A DNA stretch of 64,000 bases from Lama glama (lineage: Eukaryota), in the NCBI GenBank assembly GCA_028534125.1, contig CM052817.1, forward strand, positions 46,564,001-46,628,000, given 5' to 3'. Under the pieces are notes generated by a model. It ran no database searches and was not told the origin of the DNA. It was given only the letters and a program-made list of their open reading frames with translations. This document shows positions 38,900-54,003 of the stretch, piece by piece (position 1 is the stretch's first letter; the number at the start of each line of letters is the position of its first letter). Both the position numbers and the translations under genes were made by a program.

Positions 38900-39800
38900 A
38901 AACCATCGAAGAATATTAAGTACATGAGTGACTGGATTGGTCTGGCTGCTGCTTGAAGAACAGACTGAAAAGGGGACAAAGGTAGAAGCAGAGAAACTAT
39001 CAAGGAGCTGATAGGCCAGAGTAGAGGTGCTGGTGGTTTGGACCGGGTGGCAGTGACGGAAGTAGGGAAAAAAGGGTCAGATTCTGAGTATATTTTGAAG
39101 GAAGGGACAACAGGACTTCCTCAATGATTAGATGTGGAATATGAGAGAAAGAGAATAATCAAGGATTTTGGTCTAGACAAGTGGATTAACACTCTCTGAT
39201 ATTAAAAAGACTACAGGAGGAGCAGGTTTAGGGGAGAAGATTAGGGGGTCAGTCCTAGACATGTAACATTAGAGATTGAATAAGATCAGAAAGGGAATTA
39301 GTGTGAATAGAAAAGATTCAAGGTCCCAGGTTACAAAAGAGTGAAATGAAGATGGAAAACCAGGAGACAAGAAGGCAAGGCAGAAGTATGTTGGATGCAG
39401 AGAAGGAATGTGGACTCTGAACAGAGAGGAGGAGCAGTGACGTAGCATGTATTTATATGAGACACCACTTTGGGATGTCAAGGTAGTAAGTGTTGATGGA
39501 GATGCAGGAACAAGAAGGAAGTTGGAGAGATGGGAAACTGGAAGACTGAGAAATTAATTTTTAAAATGTTAAGTACAGATGACTGATAATGAAGGTCAGA
39601 AGAGGTAATATCCACAAAAAACAAAAGGGAGACAGAAAGACTGTAGAGAGTGGTATGAGATGGACATGGTAACAGGATGGACATTGCTGAGAGGACCTGA
39701 GAGATGAGAGTTTGGAAAGAAAAAAAGATGAGAAAAGGATGTAAGTGATCTGCAGGAGAAGCAGGAGGTGACTGAGGTTCAAGCTAGATGATGGAGAAGA
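38900..39800. mobile_element. L2 remnant(s)
   Basis: ggtggtttggacc..cagattctgagtatattttgaagg..aggagcaggtttagggg; purine-rich L2-like composition. Confidence 0.6.
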
Positions 39801-42800
39801 TGGGAGAGGCTGTGGATGAAAGGCAAGAGGATGACAGAAGGGGCAGAACAGGATAAGAGCCCAGGACCACCCCCAAGAAGGTCCCCCTGCCACATTTGCC
39901 TCCTCCCAGACAAAATTACGGAAGCAACAGAGGCGTCTCCAAAAACAGTAGCTCCGGGTCTGCACCAGCGTTTCTTTTGCCTAAATGTCTTCTGTGCAAC
40001 CAGGAAAGTTTAGTCAACCTAGAGAAGAGATTTACCACACTGGGAGGGAAGTTTCGAGAAGGAAGAGTACACAGCATAGGAAAAGATTGTACAAATCCAT
40101 ATGCGTATTTTCCTGTTATTAAACTCTGCTTGACTCCGTTCAGCACATGAAGTCATGATTCCCATCTCCCTCGTCTAGTGCATTGTTAACTACTCCTGGG
40201 GCCCACCTCTCGGCCGTTCTCCCTTGGGCTACTTCAGCAGCGTAGCTGCTCTTCACCTCTTAGATTCCTGAGGAAGCAGGGTCCTTTCTCACTCAAACCT
40301 TTAGATCAGATTAAAATACACTCTAAACAGGCACCACGTAACCCAAATAGCAATCCACAGTCCCCTGTCTGTGCTCGCTTTCATCTCCATGAACTGGGAC
40401 TTCTCTTCCCCAGCAAAACCTCAAGACAAATGTCCTAGAAAAGCCCCAGTGCCCTACCTAACTCTTGTCTGCTTTGAGGGGTAGTTCTGTTCTTCCCAAT
40501 CTCTGCTATTTATACGCGTGTTTCTCTTTATTCTCCAGGTTCTTTCTGTTCCTAGAATCCTCAGTTTCTCTAGAACAGCTTTCTTCCACCTTCATGAAGC
40601 TCCTGGTTCTGTTCTAAATTGATTTATGTCTATTTTATCTTTAGCCCTGATCAGCCAGTGGTAACTTCTCATCCTGGATAACCAGTCCTTCCTTTTATTC
40701 ATCTCATGTAGTCACAGTATGAAAATCAAGGCTTTTCGCTGAAACAAAAACCTGTTCCACACACTGGTAGTTACCAAGTCAACTTTTGTTTCCTTTGCAA
40801 TATTTTATAGTTTCCCAGTCTCAGTTCCTCACTTTTCTCATGAAATCCTTTCTGAACAGCAATAAGATTTTAATTAGCTTGTTAAAGAGCTGAGAAAATC
40901 TAGAAACATGTAGATTAAAAGAATAAAAACTATCCATAATCTCACTACTCAGAAAAAAAATGCACTGTTTAGTTTTATCATATTCCTCATCTTCTAAGGA
41001 TTCTATTTTATATAATTGAGATTATACTGTACATTGTTTTTCACTGTGCTGCAAATATTTCCCCATACTGTTAAAAAAAAAGCTTCCTAAAGATGATCTT
41101 AATGACATTGTAGCATTCAGTGATACAGAAATGTCATAAACATTCCTTTAATTTTGACCTTCAAGATGGTTTCAAGTGTTTTGAATACACAAGGGCTAGT
41201 TCACAGTAGAGGAATTACTGGAAAAGCATCCAAGTAAATCTCATGTTATTGCTACTAATTAGGTTTCTAAAAAACTTTGATGTGCTTTCCCTCCACCAAC
41301 AGCTTGTTTTATTATCTCATAAAATTGCTTGGTTTCCCAAGGTAGAAGGTAAGCCCTTTGAAGGTAAGACCTGAGCATCTTTTGCATCCTGTTTCCTAAG
41401 GTGGGGCATCATGATGACCTTCGTACATGAGATGATTTTAGGTTGAACATAGATAATTATTTTTTTATTTGAACACTTAAAGAATGTATTAGAAAAATAT
41501 AACTAGCACATGCAATCTTTGATTTCACAAACATTATTGCACAGGACAAATAAAAACTTACTTAAAAGAAGAGTCAACTAGAAAAATATTAGGTGATAAG
41601 AGATGATACTTGGAGTTGGCCAAACTCATGAAAGTGGTACATGAATAATTAGTTTTGACGGCCATAGCCCTCAGTCAGAATTTATCAATCACTTTCCTAC
41701 AAAATACCTTTAAAAATCAGAACTCTGTAATTTTTTTACCTCTGAAGATATTTTTGATAAATACGTTCTAATGATTAGAAGTATAAGAGGAGAGAGAAAA
41801 CTAACAAAATCTGAAAACCTGTATGCATTCCCATTTTATGAGTGGCTTATAATGAAACATGTCACAATGAAGCCACAAATTTGGGAGGAGGATATTTTCA
41901 AAGAAGTGTCTGCATTTCTAGTGACCCTTATTTTGTGTCATATTTTGAGTTGACTGAATTGAGAACTTGTTTATCTTCTATAGCTCTGAGGCCCTTTCAG
42001 GCCCTAGTGTCCACGTATTATTGGCACTCCAGACTCCAGATAAAATCATGCAGCACTTATACAAACACTAGACTTGAAGATAGCATTTCCAAAATGTGGC
42101 CCATGGACTGCCTGCCTCCCCATCAGATGCTTGCTGACAATGCAGATGCTGTGCTCCGCCCCAGAACTACTCAGGTGATTCTGATGCATCCTGAAGTCTA
42201 GGAACCAGTGCTCAGAGAAGGAAAGGAATAAAGTTTGAGAACATCTGACCACTTAAAATAAACAAAACTTCTGGAGCAGGGGGAAATCTTTACAAAATAG
42301 TCATCAGAAATTTTAATGACACCACTAACCACCTGTGATACCCAACTTGTCATAAATCTGGCAAACACCTTCATTCATTTATTTATTCACCTAATAATTT
42401 AGCTCCTACTCTGCAGGAGGCATTATTCTGGCAAACAAGACAGAAATCACTAACTTATTAAGGGATATTTATTTTCATGCACAGAAATATATGAAAATGA
42501 TGAAAATAGGAAAATAGAATCTCCTTAATGGAAATTTTGCTTTCAACAAATTTCTTGAGAACTACATATGGTCATGAAATAAGAGGTCTTGATTGCATAA
42601 CACAGTAAGCAACGTAATATTTACGTCTTACTACTGGATAAGAATTCGCTTGAGTTTAGCAACTTCCCTGACTAAAGAGTATTAGCATAAGTTAGCTTCA
42701 TGCTCAAATGGTTAAGTTTCCAGTTGCTGTTTTGTCGCCTGGGGTTATCGCTGCTCTGTTGCTTCATATGGTAAATATTCTAAGTGAGGTGACTATTTGG

Positions 42801-44104
42801 GGAAAAAAAATGGTCCCATATGGTTGCTCTCAAAGTAGCATTTTCATTTCAGGTCCTACATTGAAATCAGGGCACTTTAGGGGTGAGTAAATACCAAAAA
42901 AAAGGTTAAATCTGTTTTAGAATGCAAATCAGATTCTGCTCTCAGAATCTGTTAGAATTTTTCTCCCACTTAGGAACCTAATATAAACCTTCGCAGGCTG
43001 CAGCTCTTCCAACTGCAGCCACAAGGCAAGTGTGCATTCCTGTCCTTACTAACTCACTTTAATTAGCATGATGTAATAAATTTTAGCAGAAAGTGCATCA
43101 TTCCAAACAGTTTCGTTTTACAAACATGTTGGCTGGCACCCTTTGCTGAAACAAAGGAACCAGCCACCTGCTCCTCTGAGCACAAATTCAGCACAAAGAG
43201 CTAGTGTTCCAGAGGCTGCCTCCTACCTAGCCAGTAGAGCCTGAGGGTAACATTTGTCCATGTTCCACAGCCAGGGTCTTCTCTTGATCAAAGGAACTGG
43301 AGCAAACACTGCAAGCTCCAGCGTGCCTTGAAGGTAGCTGTATGAAGACAGGGCACTGCTCTCCTCAAGGCTGCTGGACTTCCTTCTTTGATAAAGGAGA
43401 AGAGAGCCCTCCTAACATATTTTTATAGGAGTCAGGATTTTTCTTTTTAAAGCTGGGGTAAAAAGTTTCAAACACATATAGGACCATCTCCTTTAAAACT
43501 GAGGAATTTTTTTCCATGTGGGGTTTGTTTTTTAAAAATTATGAAAAAATTCCCATTATTCATATTTGATGTCTTGCAAAAATAAAATTTCATTATGAGA
43601 AATTGGATGTCACAGTTTCACCAAAAGGTCAATAATGTCACCTCCAGAAAGGTGAAAAAAGTCCTTAAGCTTTATATCCGATATTTTCAATGAGCATATA
43701 TTGTCAACAGTCATTGAGTGTATCAGGATGACTGTTATTCTCAATAAAATTCATCTACTCCACATTTACCTAGTTGATCACTTTCATCCATTAAAAAAAC
43801 AAGAACATCCATCTGCCCAAGACACACTGAAAATGTTTAAATAGAAAGTCCGATGAAGTCAAGATTCAAAGACTCTAGAAATAGATGACACCGAGTTTAC
43901 TTGAATTTCTGGTCGTGTTAGGTACACTGGTAGAAAATCTCTCCTCCTCTAAAAGTAGGTCAGGATTCAACTTTCAATATTTTATTCCCTAAACAAATAA
44001 TTATTGAGAGCACATCAGGGGCCAGATGCTGTGCTAGAAGCTAGGGTGAGCAGCTTTGAACATAAACAGACAAAAGCCTTATTCTCATGGAAGTTGTGGT
44101 CTGA

Positions 44105-44295
44105 AGCTGGAAGTCTTCAACTTGAGCCGTCATCAGAATCACTGGAGGGCTTGTTAAAATAAAGATTGCTGGGCCCCATTCCCAGAATTTCTGATCCAGG
44201 AGGTCCGGGCTGGAGCCAGCATTTGTACATGTAACTTCAGGTTCCCAGGTGGTGCAGATGCTACTGCTCTGGGAATCACAGTGAGAACCAAAGGG
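44105..44295. mobile_element. MER5A-like DNA transposon nested in an L2 remnant
   Basis: catcagaatcactggagggcttgttaaaa..gattgctgggcccca..tttctgat..ttcccaggtggtgcagatgctactg..gagaacca. Confidence 0.8.
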
Positions 44296-45269
44296 CTAAA
44301 GGCCCAACGACCAACTGAGATAAGTGTTCAGCAGGAAAGGAACCCACTCCTATGAGAGAATAAGGATCTAGCCTAAGCCAGGGGGTCCACAGATCTGAGC
44401 ATCAGGTAGCTAACTGGTTTAAGGGAGTCAGCGAGAGAGTACTCCTGACACATGGGGTCTGCCAGACATCCTCACAGCCAGAGGGGGCACGGAGTTCCAG
44501 TGAGTGAAAGTTCCTAGTGTGCCTGGGAAAAGCATCTCTTGAAAAGAGGCTAAAGATGAAGAGAGGCCAACCAGAGCTTTACCTGCTGTTATGGGGGTTT
44601 GGGATTTTTATCCCAAGAGTGGTGGAGATACATTTAAGGATGTTAAGCAAAGCAGATGATACGATTACGTATGTTCTATATATTCTGGATAGAGTGTAGA
44701 GAGTAGATGGAAAATGCCCAAAATAGAAACAGGGAGGTTGCTTAATGTGTTTTTTCCCCAAATGGAAGGAGAATCGGTAGTCAAAGTCATGGTGGCATCA
44801 CAGAAGAGCCCTGTAAGAGCCGGGGTGTCAGGAAAGCTCCTGTCTCTAGTTCACACTCAAGCAGATGACTCTGAGGACCAGTGACCACCTGTTGTGTTTC
44901 AGAAAATCTAGTAATAACCTCAGTGGTCCAAGATGCTGAAAGCCATATCAATAAAATAAGTGAAAGGCTTCATGAACAGAAGAGACAGAGTGTTTCCCCA
45001 TCCCAAGGGAATAAGGGTCATCGGACTGTGAAATCAGGGTAGTTATCCTCAATAAGCACTAAATTCCCCAGCTGTTCATACACAAAGGGTGTTATTTTAC
45101 AGCCAGCCTGCATCTACTCCAATAATGACGGGTGTTATGTGGCACACCTGTGTTTACTTTTTAACTGGCTTAAAAAAAAATTGTGTAGGGTATCTACTAG
45201 AAAAACCTGACATGAAAGTTTAAATCATGAAACAATGAGAAGCAAGATCCCAGTATAAGCTAGATACCA

Positions 45270-46030
45270 ACCTAGTTGTTCTGTTCCTTCATCTCTATAC
45301 CCAGCCCCACAGCCAAGCCCAATCAGCTCCACCTCCAACAACCAACCACTTCTCAGTACCTGGTTCAAGCCACCACTATCTCTTGTCTGAACAACTGCAA
45401 CAGGGTCCTAATTAGACCCCCTGCTTCATTCCCTGCCCCTACAATCCATTCTCACCCAGCTACCAGAATGTCTCTCTATAATGGAGCACAGCATTCTGCT
45501 TGAACCCTCCAAAGCTTCCTGCTGCAGGCTCCTTACCTTACCCTAAGGATTCTCTGAATTCCAGCATGATCTGGCCTGGGGGACTTTTAGAACCTCATCC
45601 TGGGCCACTCTTCCCTTCTTTCTTTCCTTCAAACATGCCAAGTTTAGTCCTGCACACAGGACGTGGCACTAGCATCTCTTGCTTGGGACATGCTCCTTGA
45701 CTCTTCACAAGGCTGGATCTTTCCAATTATCCAGGTTTCAGTTTAATATTTCAGGCCTCCTGATCACCTGCTCTAAAATGCCCTCTCTAATGGGCTGCAT
45801 CACAGGATGATGTTTTGTCGTTCTCTTGGCATTTTTCTCTATGTAAAGTCAGCATGTTTCTTTATTTGCTCTTTTGGTTTGGGGGTGGTTGTTTTTTTTT
45901 TTTTCCCAATCTTCTTCCTCCAGAAACTAAGTCCCATTACTGCAGGGGCCTCAGCAGTTTTAAGTCTTACAGTATCTCTATCATCTATTACATTATCTGT
46001 TACATGGTAATCCCTCAATAAACTTTTTGT
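45270..46030. mobile_element. L2 remnant, opposite orientation to the purine-rich copies
   Basis: caagccaccactatctcttgtctga..actgcaaca..ccctacaatccattctcacccagc..ctcaataaacttttt. Confidence 0.65.
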
Positions 46031-46282
46031 TGATGATGATCATGGGAGTATCCAACCTCAAAGAACTAAGTCATGACTTTAGTATCTTGCCTTGATGTGT
46101 TACCCTTAGTCCTGTTTTATACCTAGGCGTAAGGTGATTATCTGCATCAGGGCTTCTCTCTCCTTTAACCTATATTCCAGTTTCCCAAGGATTTTGGTCA
46201 AAATATAGATTCTGATTTCTAACAGATATCTCCCAGGCATTCAGACAATATGTGGATAGAAGGGGTCACCCTTAAATTCCAT

Positions 46283-46650
46283 GATAGGCAGAATAATGGC
46301 CATCCAAAAATGTCACTTCCTGAACCTTTGAATGTTTTACATTACATGGCAAAAGGGAATTAAGGTTACAGATGGAATTAAGGATACTAATCAGCTGACT
46401 TCCAAATATGGAGGCTAGCCAGATGAGCCTGACATGATCACCATGGTCCTTAAATGTGGGAGAGGAGGAGAGCTATGTGGATAGAATCCATATCAGAGTG
46501 AGGAAGTAAGAATGACTCCCTGGCCATTGCTGGCTTTGAAGATGGAAAAGGGGACCCGAAGGCAAGGAATCTGGGCAGACTACGGAGCCTGGAGAAAGCA
46601 AGGGAATGTATCTCCCTGAGAACCTCCAGAAGGAATTCCTCACAAGGAAT
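46283..46650 (+). mobile_element. MLT1-type MaLR LTR fragment
   Basis: taggcagaataatggc..ttacatggcaaaaggg..attgctggctttgaagatggaa..tctccctgagaacctccagaagga. Confidence 0.75.
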
Positions 46651-46859
46651 GTCTGCAAGGACAGTGTTCTCAGGCCTCTTACTTCAGTGACAGAGGGGAT
46701 GGATGGAGGAGGCAGAAGCTTTGGTAGGCCAGTTAAGTGTAACCATTTTAGTTTCAGTTGGAATGACCACCTATTTCAACCTGCAGTCTGCCAGAGAGAG
46801 ACTTCCCTTCCCCTGAAAGGATACGATCACCAGGATTCTCAGCACCCTCGGATCTAAGA

Positions 46860-47032
46860 GAATGGATCTCAAAGTGTGGTCTCTGGACTAGCAGCATCAG
46901 AATCACCTGGCAGCATGTTAGAAATGCAAATTCTCAGGACCCCCCTAGACATAACTCAGTAAGAAACTTTGGAGGTGCCGTTCACGATCTGTTTCAACAA
47001 GCCCTTCAGGCAGTTCCGGTTTTAGACCACCT
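46860..47032. mobile_element. MER5-like DNA transposon
   Basis: tctcaaagtgtggtc..cagcatcagaatcacctgg..tgttagaaatgcaaattctcagg. Confidence 0.78.
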
Positions 47033-50000
47033 ATAATATAGCACATGGACCACCACGTTTCATGTTGTCCACACATATGGGAACACATAATTTTTTCTGT
47101 AGTTTTCGAACAGTATTTTCTTGGGCTGTAAATGTTCCTTTGTTATCTACAATCCACTACAACAAAAAAAGACTATTTCATCAAAGTGGGGGTCAAGTCC
47201 CTGCTTTGGATTAGAACAGAAATATAAAAATCTCATGTTCCAGAATTGTTAGGGCTGTGAGCCAGAGATCATCCTTCTCTGTGTTTTACACCAGATGAGG
47301 AGACTAGAGAGCGTGGACTTGCCTCATTCTTTCTTCTCCGTCCACAAACTGCTTGGGCTGCCCCTAAGAGGTTAGCTGCATATGATAACAGAAACCAAAG
47401 TCTGATGTGGAAGCAGCTCTAACTAGAATAATAGGCTGTGAATTTTTAAAAATTTTTTTTCATAAAAATCTTCCATGGAGGGAAAGGGAAGCTAAACCAT
47501 AGAGAGAAAGGGAGTAGTAAGTGTCTTCCTTTTTCCGGGGTTGTTGGAAAACATGCTAGTGTGTTAAAGTATCAAGTACTGACAGTTACCCTTATAGAAG
47601 GAGTCTCTTACAAGTCAGATATCAAACCTAAGCACATCCCTGTCTTCTTCAGAAGCACTAGGTTTTAATAAAGGATGCCTCTCCCTGTGATCCCCTCTTC
47701 CATGTCTTGTCAACCTCTAGTGACAGTTGTTCTGAGTAGCTAAAGCCCCTCTCTCAAATGGTGAAGTTTTCATAATCAAGGAAACATTTTGAATGTTTTT
47801 GAATCAACCAACCAGTCATTGGTCACCTCAAGTTTCTTTTTAATACTGTGAAATTATTCCTTAATTTTTAATCCTTGTGCTCTTATCTGTGTTCTAGGAG
47901 TTGAGGACCTGAGAAAGGCTGACAAATCTATCCACTAATGACTCCAGGCCCATTGTTCACAGGGGTGATTTGAAAAGATGAATGCCGGGGAATTATGAAA
48001 GTCACAGAATGGCCAAAAGCAGCCAGCGGGGTGGTTATGTGGCAGAGGGAAGGCAAGTCTGGTTATATTACCTTATTGATTAGATTACTAATAGATTTCA
48101 GGAAACTCCCAGGTCCTTTTTATCATCAGTTGCCAGCACTGATGGGAGAATTAGGGTCTTAGGACAGAACTGCCTGGAAGAACAAGGCAAACAAATCACA
48201 GGCACCACCATCCCAGCCACCAACAATAATTAATGAACTTGAGCAGAGCTGCTAGAGATGTTAAAAACCCTTCTTTTTCAAAAAGAAAAAAAAACAGGGC
48301 AGCCCTTCAAAGGGAGTCAGGAGAGTTAGACAAATTCAGGTCTCCTTGATCATTTAGGTTTTGCATTTTTACTTCAATCGAAAAAGCCCTCCCATTCCCA
48401 GCTTCTCAGTATTCAAACTGCGCAACCCAATCCCTTCATTTGCAATGGAAATGAATAACCTCCTTTGCTAGCTGAGGAGAGTCTCTAAGCAAAGGTTGAA
48501 AAGCAGTCTTCTTTCCTCATCATTTGATTCGGGAGATGAGGCCAAAGGCAGAAAGACTCAGAGCTGTGGCCATATATGGAAGAGGGGTTGCAGGAGTTTG
48601 CAATTTTAATTCCAGCATTCAAGTTGACAGTAATGAAGGATAAAGTGGGTTAAGAGAATTCTGCTGCTGCTTGCAGACGTCAGTAATATGGAATGATGAT
48701 TTGTCTTGGCAAATACCTTAATGAGGTTTTACTTCCTCTTTTCTGTTGTCTTCATTTCTTGGGTCACATTTCTAAAAACATATGGGAGTTTATATTACAT
48801 CTTTACGGAAGTAAAACCGTGACATTATAAATGTTTTATGTACTTATTACATAGAGTTTGGAAAGTATACAGAGCTACAACACAGAAAATTTTTAAATTA
48901 CCACCTTACTTCCCAGAAAATGATCAATTTGCTTTCTTTACATGTTAATATTTTTTTTTAATAAAAGAACCTATGAATTAAGTTTTAAATGCAGTTTTTT
49001 TAATCTGACATTATAATTGTTAAGCTCATGTCTAAAATTTAACATTATGAACAAAATTGATGGGGAAGGAAATAAATGTATAAGAGAGCAAGCTAGTATT
49101 TTTATTCTGCCTCAGTTTTTCATCTTTTGAAGAGACTCTTGCAAGTGGTTTAGGTCCCTGCTCTTAAACATGGCAACACACACAGCAGTATGCTGTTTCT
49201 GGTGCCGCTGTCACCGTGTAGCTCAGTGGCTGCCTGGCTTGGAGCCTGAATATTTTTCAGCAAGTCTCCAAGAGGCAGAAACAATACAAGCTCAGGAAGC
49301 ATGGCCATGGCCAGAGACACCTATGGTGAACCACACTGGGTTGTGTTTTCCACTGAAGTTTATTCTGTGTCATGTGGTAGTCTCTGAAGTTTGTGCTCGG
49401 CTACAACATACAGCAGTGTTTCTGACTTGCCTTTAGCAGGTCCAACTTGTAAGAATCACTTAGTAAAGAGTGAGACAGGGTTTTTTTTGTTTTGTTTTCT
49501 TTTGTGGGTTTTTTTGTTTGTTTGTTTTGTTTCCAGGAAAGGGATCAGACATCCACTTCATTATGCTGTAAATTACCAAAATGAGAGAATTGGTACGGTA
49601 ACTAAAACTTGACGTTCTATCGACGCAGAGCATAATCACTTCAACCCATCACGCTGTCCAATGTCCATGCATATCACAGTTTATAAAATCAAATAAATGT
49701 TTTCTTCCAGCCAGCCAAATAGCGTGGTAAGACTGAGGAACTCATTCTTTGCTAAGTCCATTATTCATGACAGACGTCAGAATGTGGGTAATTCCCATCT
49801 GCTGAGCAGATGCAATTCAGACCACAAAGTGCAAAGTACACCTAAGAATTTTACAGTCAGCTCTGGGTCCACTATTACTCATTAAAACTGAGCCAGGAGC
49901 CTTAAAGGAACAGGGAACCTTAAAGGAAGAGGGGCCCTGGCATCCTTCCCCTATACCTATTGCCCCTGTGTTAAGTCTCTCCCTGGTTAGCGCTCATCCG

Positions 50001-51704
50001 GGAGCCATAATGGATAATTCTGGGTGTCCATTGGCATCTATCAGAATCCTCTCTCCGCACTGCCAATGTGCGTTGCCAGTTTCTATCCTGGGGAAGTTTA
50101 TGATTCTATGCGTTCGTCTAGTTAGAATTACCATTTTTATGGAAGTTTGTTATTCCTTAGTTTTGTTAAAAACACTATTCATGTTATATACTGTGTGATA
50201 ATATTTTTTAAATCCTTGTTTTATATATTATGATATAGTATCTCATGTTCCCCAAAAACAAGCTCTTAGGAAATCAATTTATGTATCACACATAAAGTAT
50301 ATAGGCTGTTTGTATTGTGTCGACTTCTTGGGTGTCCCTGTGGCTTCCAGACATCAAAAATTTGTAGACTGAGAAGACTGGATATGGAATCCATTCCTTA
50401 TCATCCATTTTATAGCTTTTGGCAATTGAATATTTAGGGCAATTGAACAGTTGCTAAGCAGTCTGATCTAGGTGGGTGAAGCTCTATGGGGCTGAGAGGG
50501 AAAGATACACAGATGATGTTCCCCCCTTGTTTATGAGATAGGGAGGCCCATAGGGAACATTTAAGTGGGTCCTAAGAGAATCTGTTACACTTACCATTGC
50601 CAAGTCACCACATATATTAAATCAATGTCCCCTTTCCTGACTGTGGGCTGCCTAGATAACATTTTAGTGACTGCCTTTGGATCTCTTAAACCAAATAATT
50701 CCTATATTTATTTTAGGTCTTTTCTAGACTTCAAATTCTTCTATATTTGAGGGACTTCTGATCGCCTTTCCACAGAACATAGCCTTTACCCTCTACCCGA
50801 GTACCATTGTAGTGGTTCCACTCACCTTGCTGCCTCCATGTTGTTCTTTCCTAAGACTGTCTTAAGCCCCCTGGTGGCCCTTAGGAGTATCATATCTTCC
50901 TCTCACCTGAACCTCCAGTAACTGCCCATTGCCTGCAGTGTAGTTTACAAGGTTCCTGCCTGCTTCTTCATCACTCACCAGTCCCTATTTTACATGCTCT
51001 GCTCTTAAAATCCCAATTCTTTGCGCTTTCTCCCAAATAGAACTATAGCAATATCTCAAATGTCTTTGTTAATATTTTTCTTGCCTCGTAAGCTCTTCAC
51101 ATTCTTCTTGCTTAATCCTGCCCCTCCGAAGTGCACCATAGGCAGCATCTGTTCCTTGAAGCTCTCACCCACCCTCAGAGTCCGACTGAGGCCTCTTGAT
51201 TGAGCTCACACAGCAAATGAATGAATGAATGACCATTAGGGCAGGTCTTCTGTTAGAGGACAAATTGTGCAGCAATCAGCAGATGTCGATTTGACAATAA
51301 CTTTGACAATAACTTGACAATAACTCTTCAGCTCCCTGTGCCCCCAACAACAACAAATCAAAGTAGAATGTTGCAGGCTATAACTTATCCCCAGTATTCT
51401 GTTGGATCTATTGTTTCATTAGGTACATAAACCAATCATCTTCGGACATTCTTCTGGTAAGGTACATATGATTAAAATGTGATGATGTTTTAATATTTGG
51501 AATGCATTCACCAGAAAATTCCTCACTTTATTGTACCATTTAACGTACCTAATTTTATCCCCACACTATTTTAGTGAACTCTACTCATCTTCTGCATTCC
51601 AAAATCTTTCAAAGTGCCATTGATAGCCAGAAAGATCCTGCCTGTGGTAAGAAAATATGGAAGACTGCCATGATACTCAGTTACCCTGCATTACACATGC
51701 TCTA

Positions 51705-51912
51705 TGGATTGGCCAACAACCTCTGTAAAGGGCCAGATAATAAATATTTGAGGCTTTGTGGGCCATATGGTTTGTGTCACCACTACTCAACTCTGCAGTC
51801 ATAGAAGGAAAGCAGCTACAGACAATAAGCAAGCAAATTGGTGTGGCTATGTTCCAATAAAACTTTATTTATAAAAACAGGTGGCCTGGGACCAGAGTTT
51901 GCTGACTCCCTA
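51705..51912. mobile_element. MER58A-like DNA transposon
   Basis: ctgtaaagggccagataataaatattt..ggctttgtgggccatatgg..gttccaataaaactttatttataaaaacagg..agtttgctgactccct. Confidence 0.82.
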
Positions 51913-52829
51913 GGTCATCTGGAGACTTATTCCTACGGAGAAATATTTAGTTGGGTTCTGTTCAGATAAAGAAACATTTTCCAAGTAGCTTGTTTCCAGA
52001 GAATAACCTTTCTAATTAAACATAGTTCTGAGGTAAATACTTCGAAGGATACTTGTACCCTACCTTGTCGTGCAGTTTTATTAGAAACAGAAGCTGAGGG
52101 AATACGATTATGTAAAAGTCCATCTGCTTTAATAACAACTCTCCCAGCTCAGCATATCAGGAGTCGCATCCCAAGTGACCTGGAAATTTCCGTTGCTGCC
52201 CTGGCATCCAATAATGAGAGGGATAAAAGTGTTCATGCTTTTTACCAGTACATTAATTTTTAGAAACCACCCCACAGAAATGACTTCAATGAAGCAAAAT
52301 CCTTCATGTGCCCAGTGATATTTAGAACAGAAATATTCACTAACACTGAAATTCTAAAGTAAGTCAATTGGGAACTGGAACAATAGCATGGAGGAATTCT
52401 GTAGAATTTTTTTTTTATGTGGTGTTGGTGTGGAGTGTGTTGATCCTTGGAAATGTGCACATTAAGAATTACAAGTGGGAAAGTCACATGCAAAGTATGT
52501 TTACATGATCTCAAACATAAAAATCAATATACACGAATTCTGTCACTTGGGATATATAAATGTGGATTGAATCAGAGCCTACTAGGAGCAAGTCTGTTCT
52601 AAGCTCTGGGAAGATAGCAATGAATAAAATAGACAAAAACTCCTCCCCTCATGGAGCTAGTATTCTTATGGGAGGAAGACAGATATTGAGGATCAAAGGG
52701 ATTTTAGTGATTGATATATTTGAAAGTTTAATATAAGGTTTCTCCCCCATAAAATTGCTTATACAAAAAAGGCTTTCCACTCTTTGTCTGATTTTTGTTT
52801 TGTTTTAGAAATAAGAATTTTTCTGATCA

Positions 52830-53500
52830 TTTCAATCAACCAGTATTTGTTGAGTTCTTAGGACATGCCAGGCTCTCTTCCAGGCACACAAAACATAGCA
52901 TGAACAAAACACACAAGCATGCCTGTAATCTTGGGGGTACAGTCTAGCGGGGGAGACAACATAAGATAAATAAGTAAAATACATACAAGGTGACCAAAGG
53001 GCGGAGGTAAGGAGGAAAGTGGGAGATGAATGCTGGGAGAAGACAGACTCAGATTGGGTTATCAAGAAGGTCTCCTTGGAGTAGTTAAAGAAAATGAATG
53101 CATAACAGTGTGATGGTGCAGGGAGATCCTTCTGGGCAGAAGGGCCAACAAGTATGAAGACCGGGAGGTGAGAATGTTCCCAGAATGCTCAAGGAACGTC
53201 AAGGAGTAGTGAGTGGAGGAGAGAAGTAAAAATGGTATGGAAGGTGTAACAGCGACCAGACAACAACTGGCCTTGGAAGTCATTGGCTTCATTCTAACAA
53301 TGAAGCTATTGGCTTTTATTCTAATAATGAGAAGATATTTGGAAAGTTTTGAGCAAAGGAGAGAGATGATCAGGTTTTCATGAAAATAACTCCTGCTGTT
53401 GAGAATAGACAACAGATATGGGGAGTCTGTTAGGAGACTGATGCAGTAATCCAGGTGTGAGAAGGTAGCTTGGACCAGCAGGGAAGGTGAGACAGGCATC
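52830..53500. mobile_element. L2 remnant
   Basis: caaccagtatttgttgag..gaaagttttgagcaaagga..gcagtaatccaggtgtgaga. Confidence 0.7.
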
Positions 53501-54003
53501 TTTAGCTGTGGTGGCACAGAAGGAGAGATGGCAGGAACCAGTGTTCCCACTGCTAGAGCCCACCTACCACAAAGGGTGAGATGCTAGGAGCAATGACCAT
53601 TCCTGAACATTGCTGCATCCCCAGTGGGAGGAACAATCTCAGGTGTATACTAGGGAGGGGCTTAGCTCACGTTGATGAAATGTTGCAAAATAAAAAAGGA
53701 ATGTGAAACAAAGTCTGTTTTATGACTGCCTCCTGCTATAGAACATTCTCCTCACTACTTCTGTCTGTAGTCATTTTCCTTTCTTCAGTTATGTATTTAT
53801 AAATTAGCACCTTCAGCATTTGTTGATGTCCTAAGAAGGCTTCAGCTTTCAGTGACCTATGTTAAAATGACAGAACAGTGAAGATTCCAGTGAACTATGT
53901 CTTTCTGTTTCATACATTTATGAACTGAAAGCATCATTATTGCCTTTTACCATTAAAGAGCCTAAGACTGATTCTAACTGAATGTAATGCTTTTTTTTTT
54001 TAG

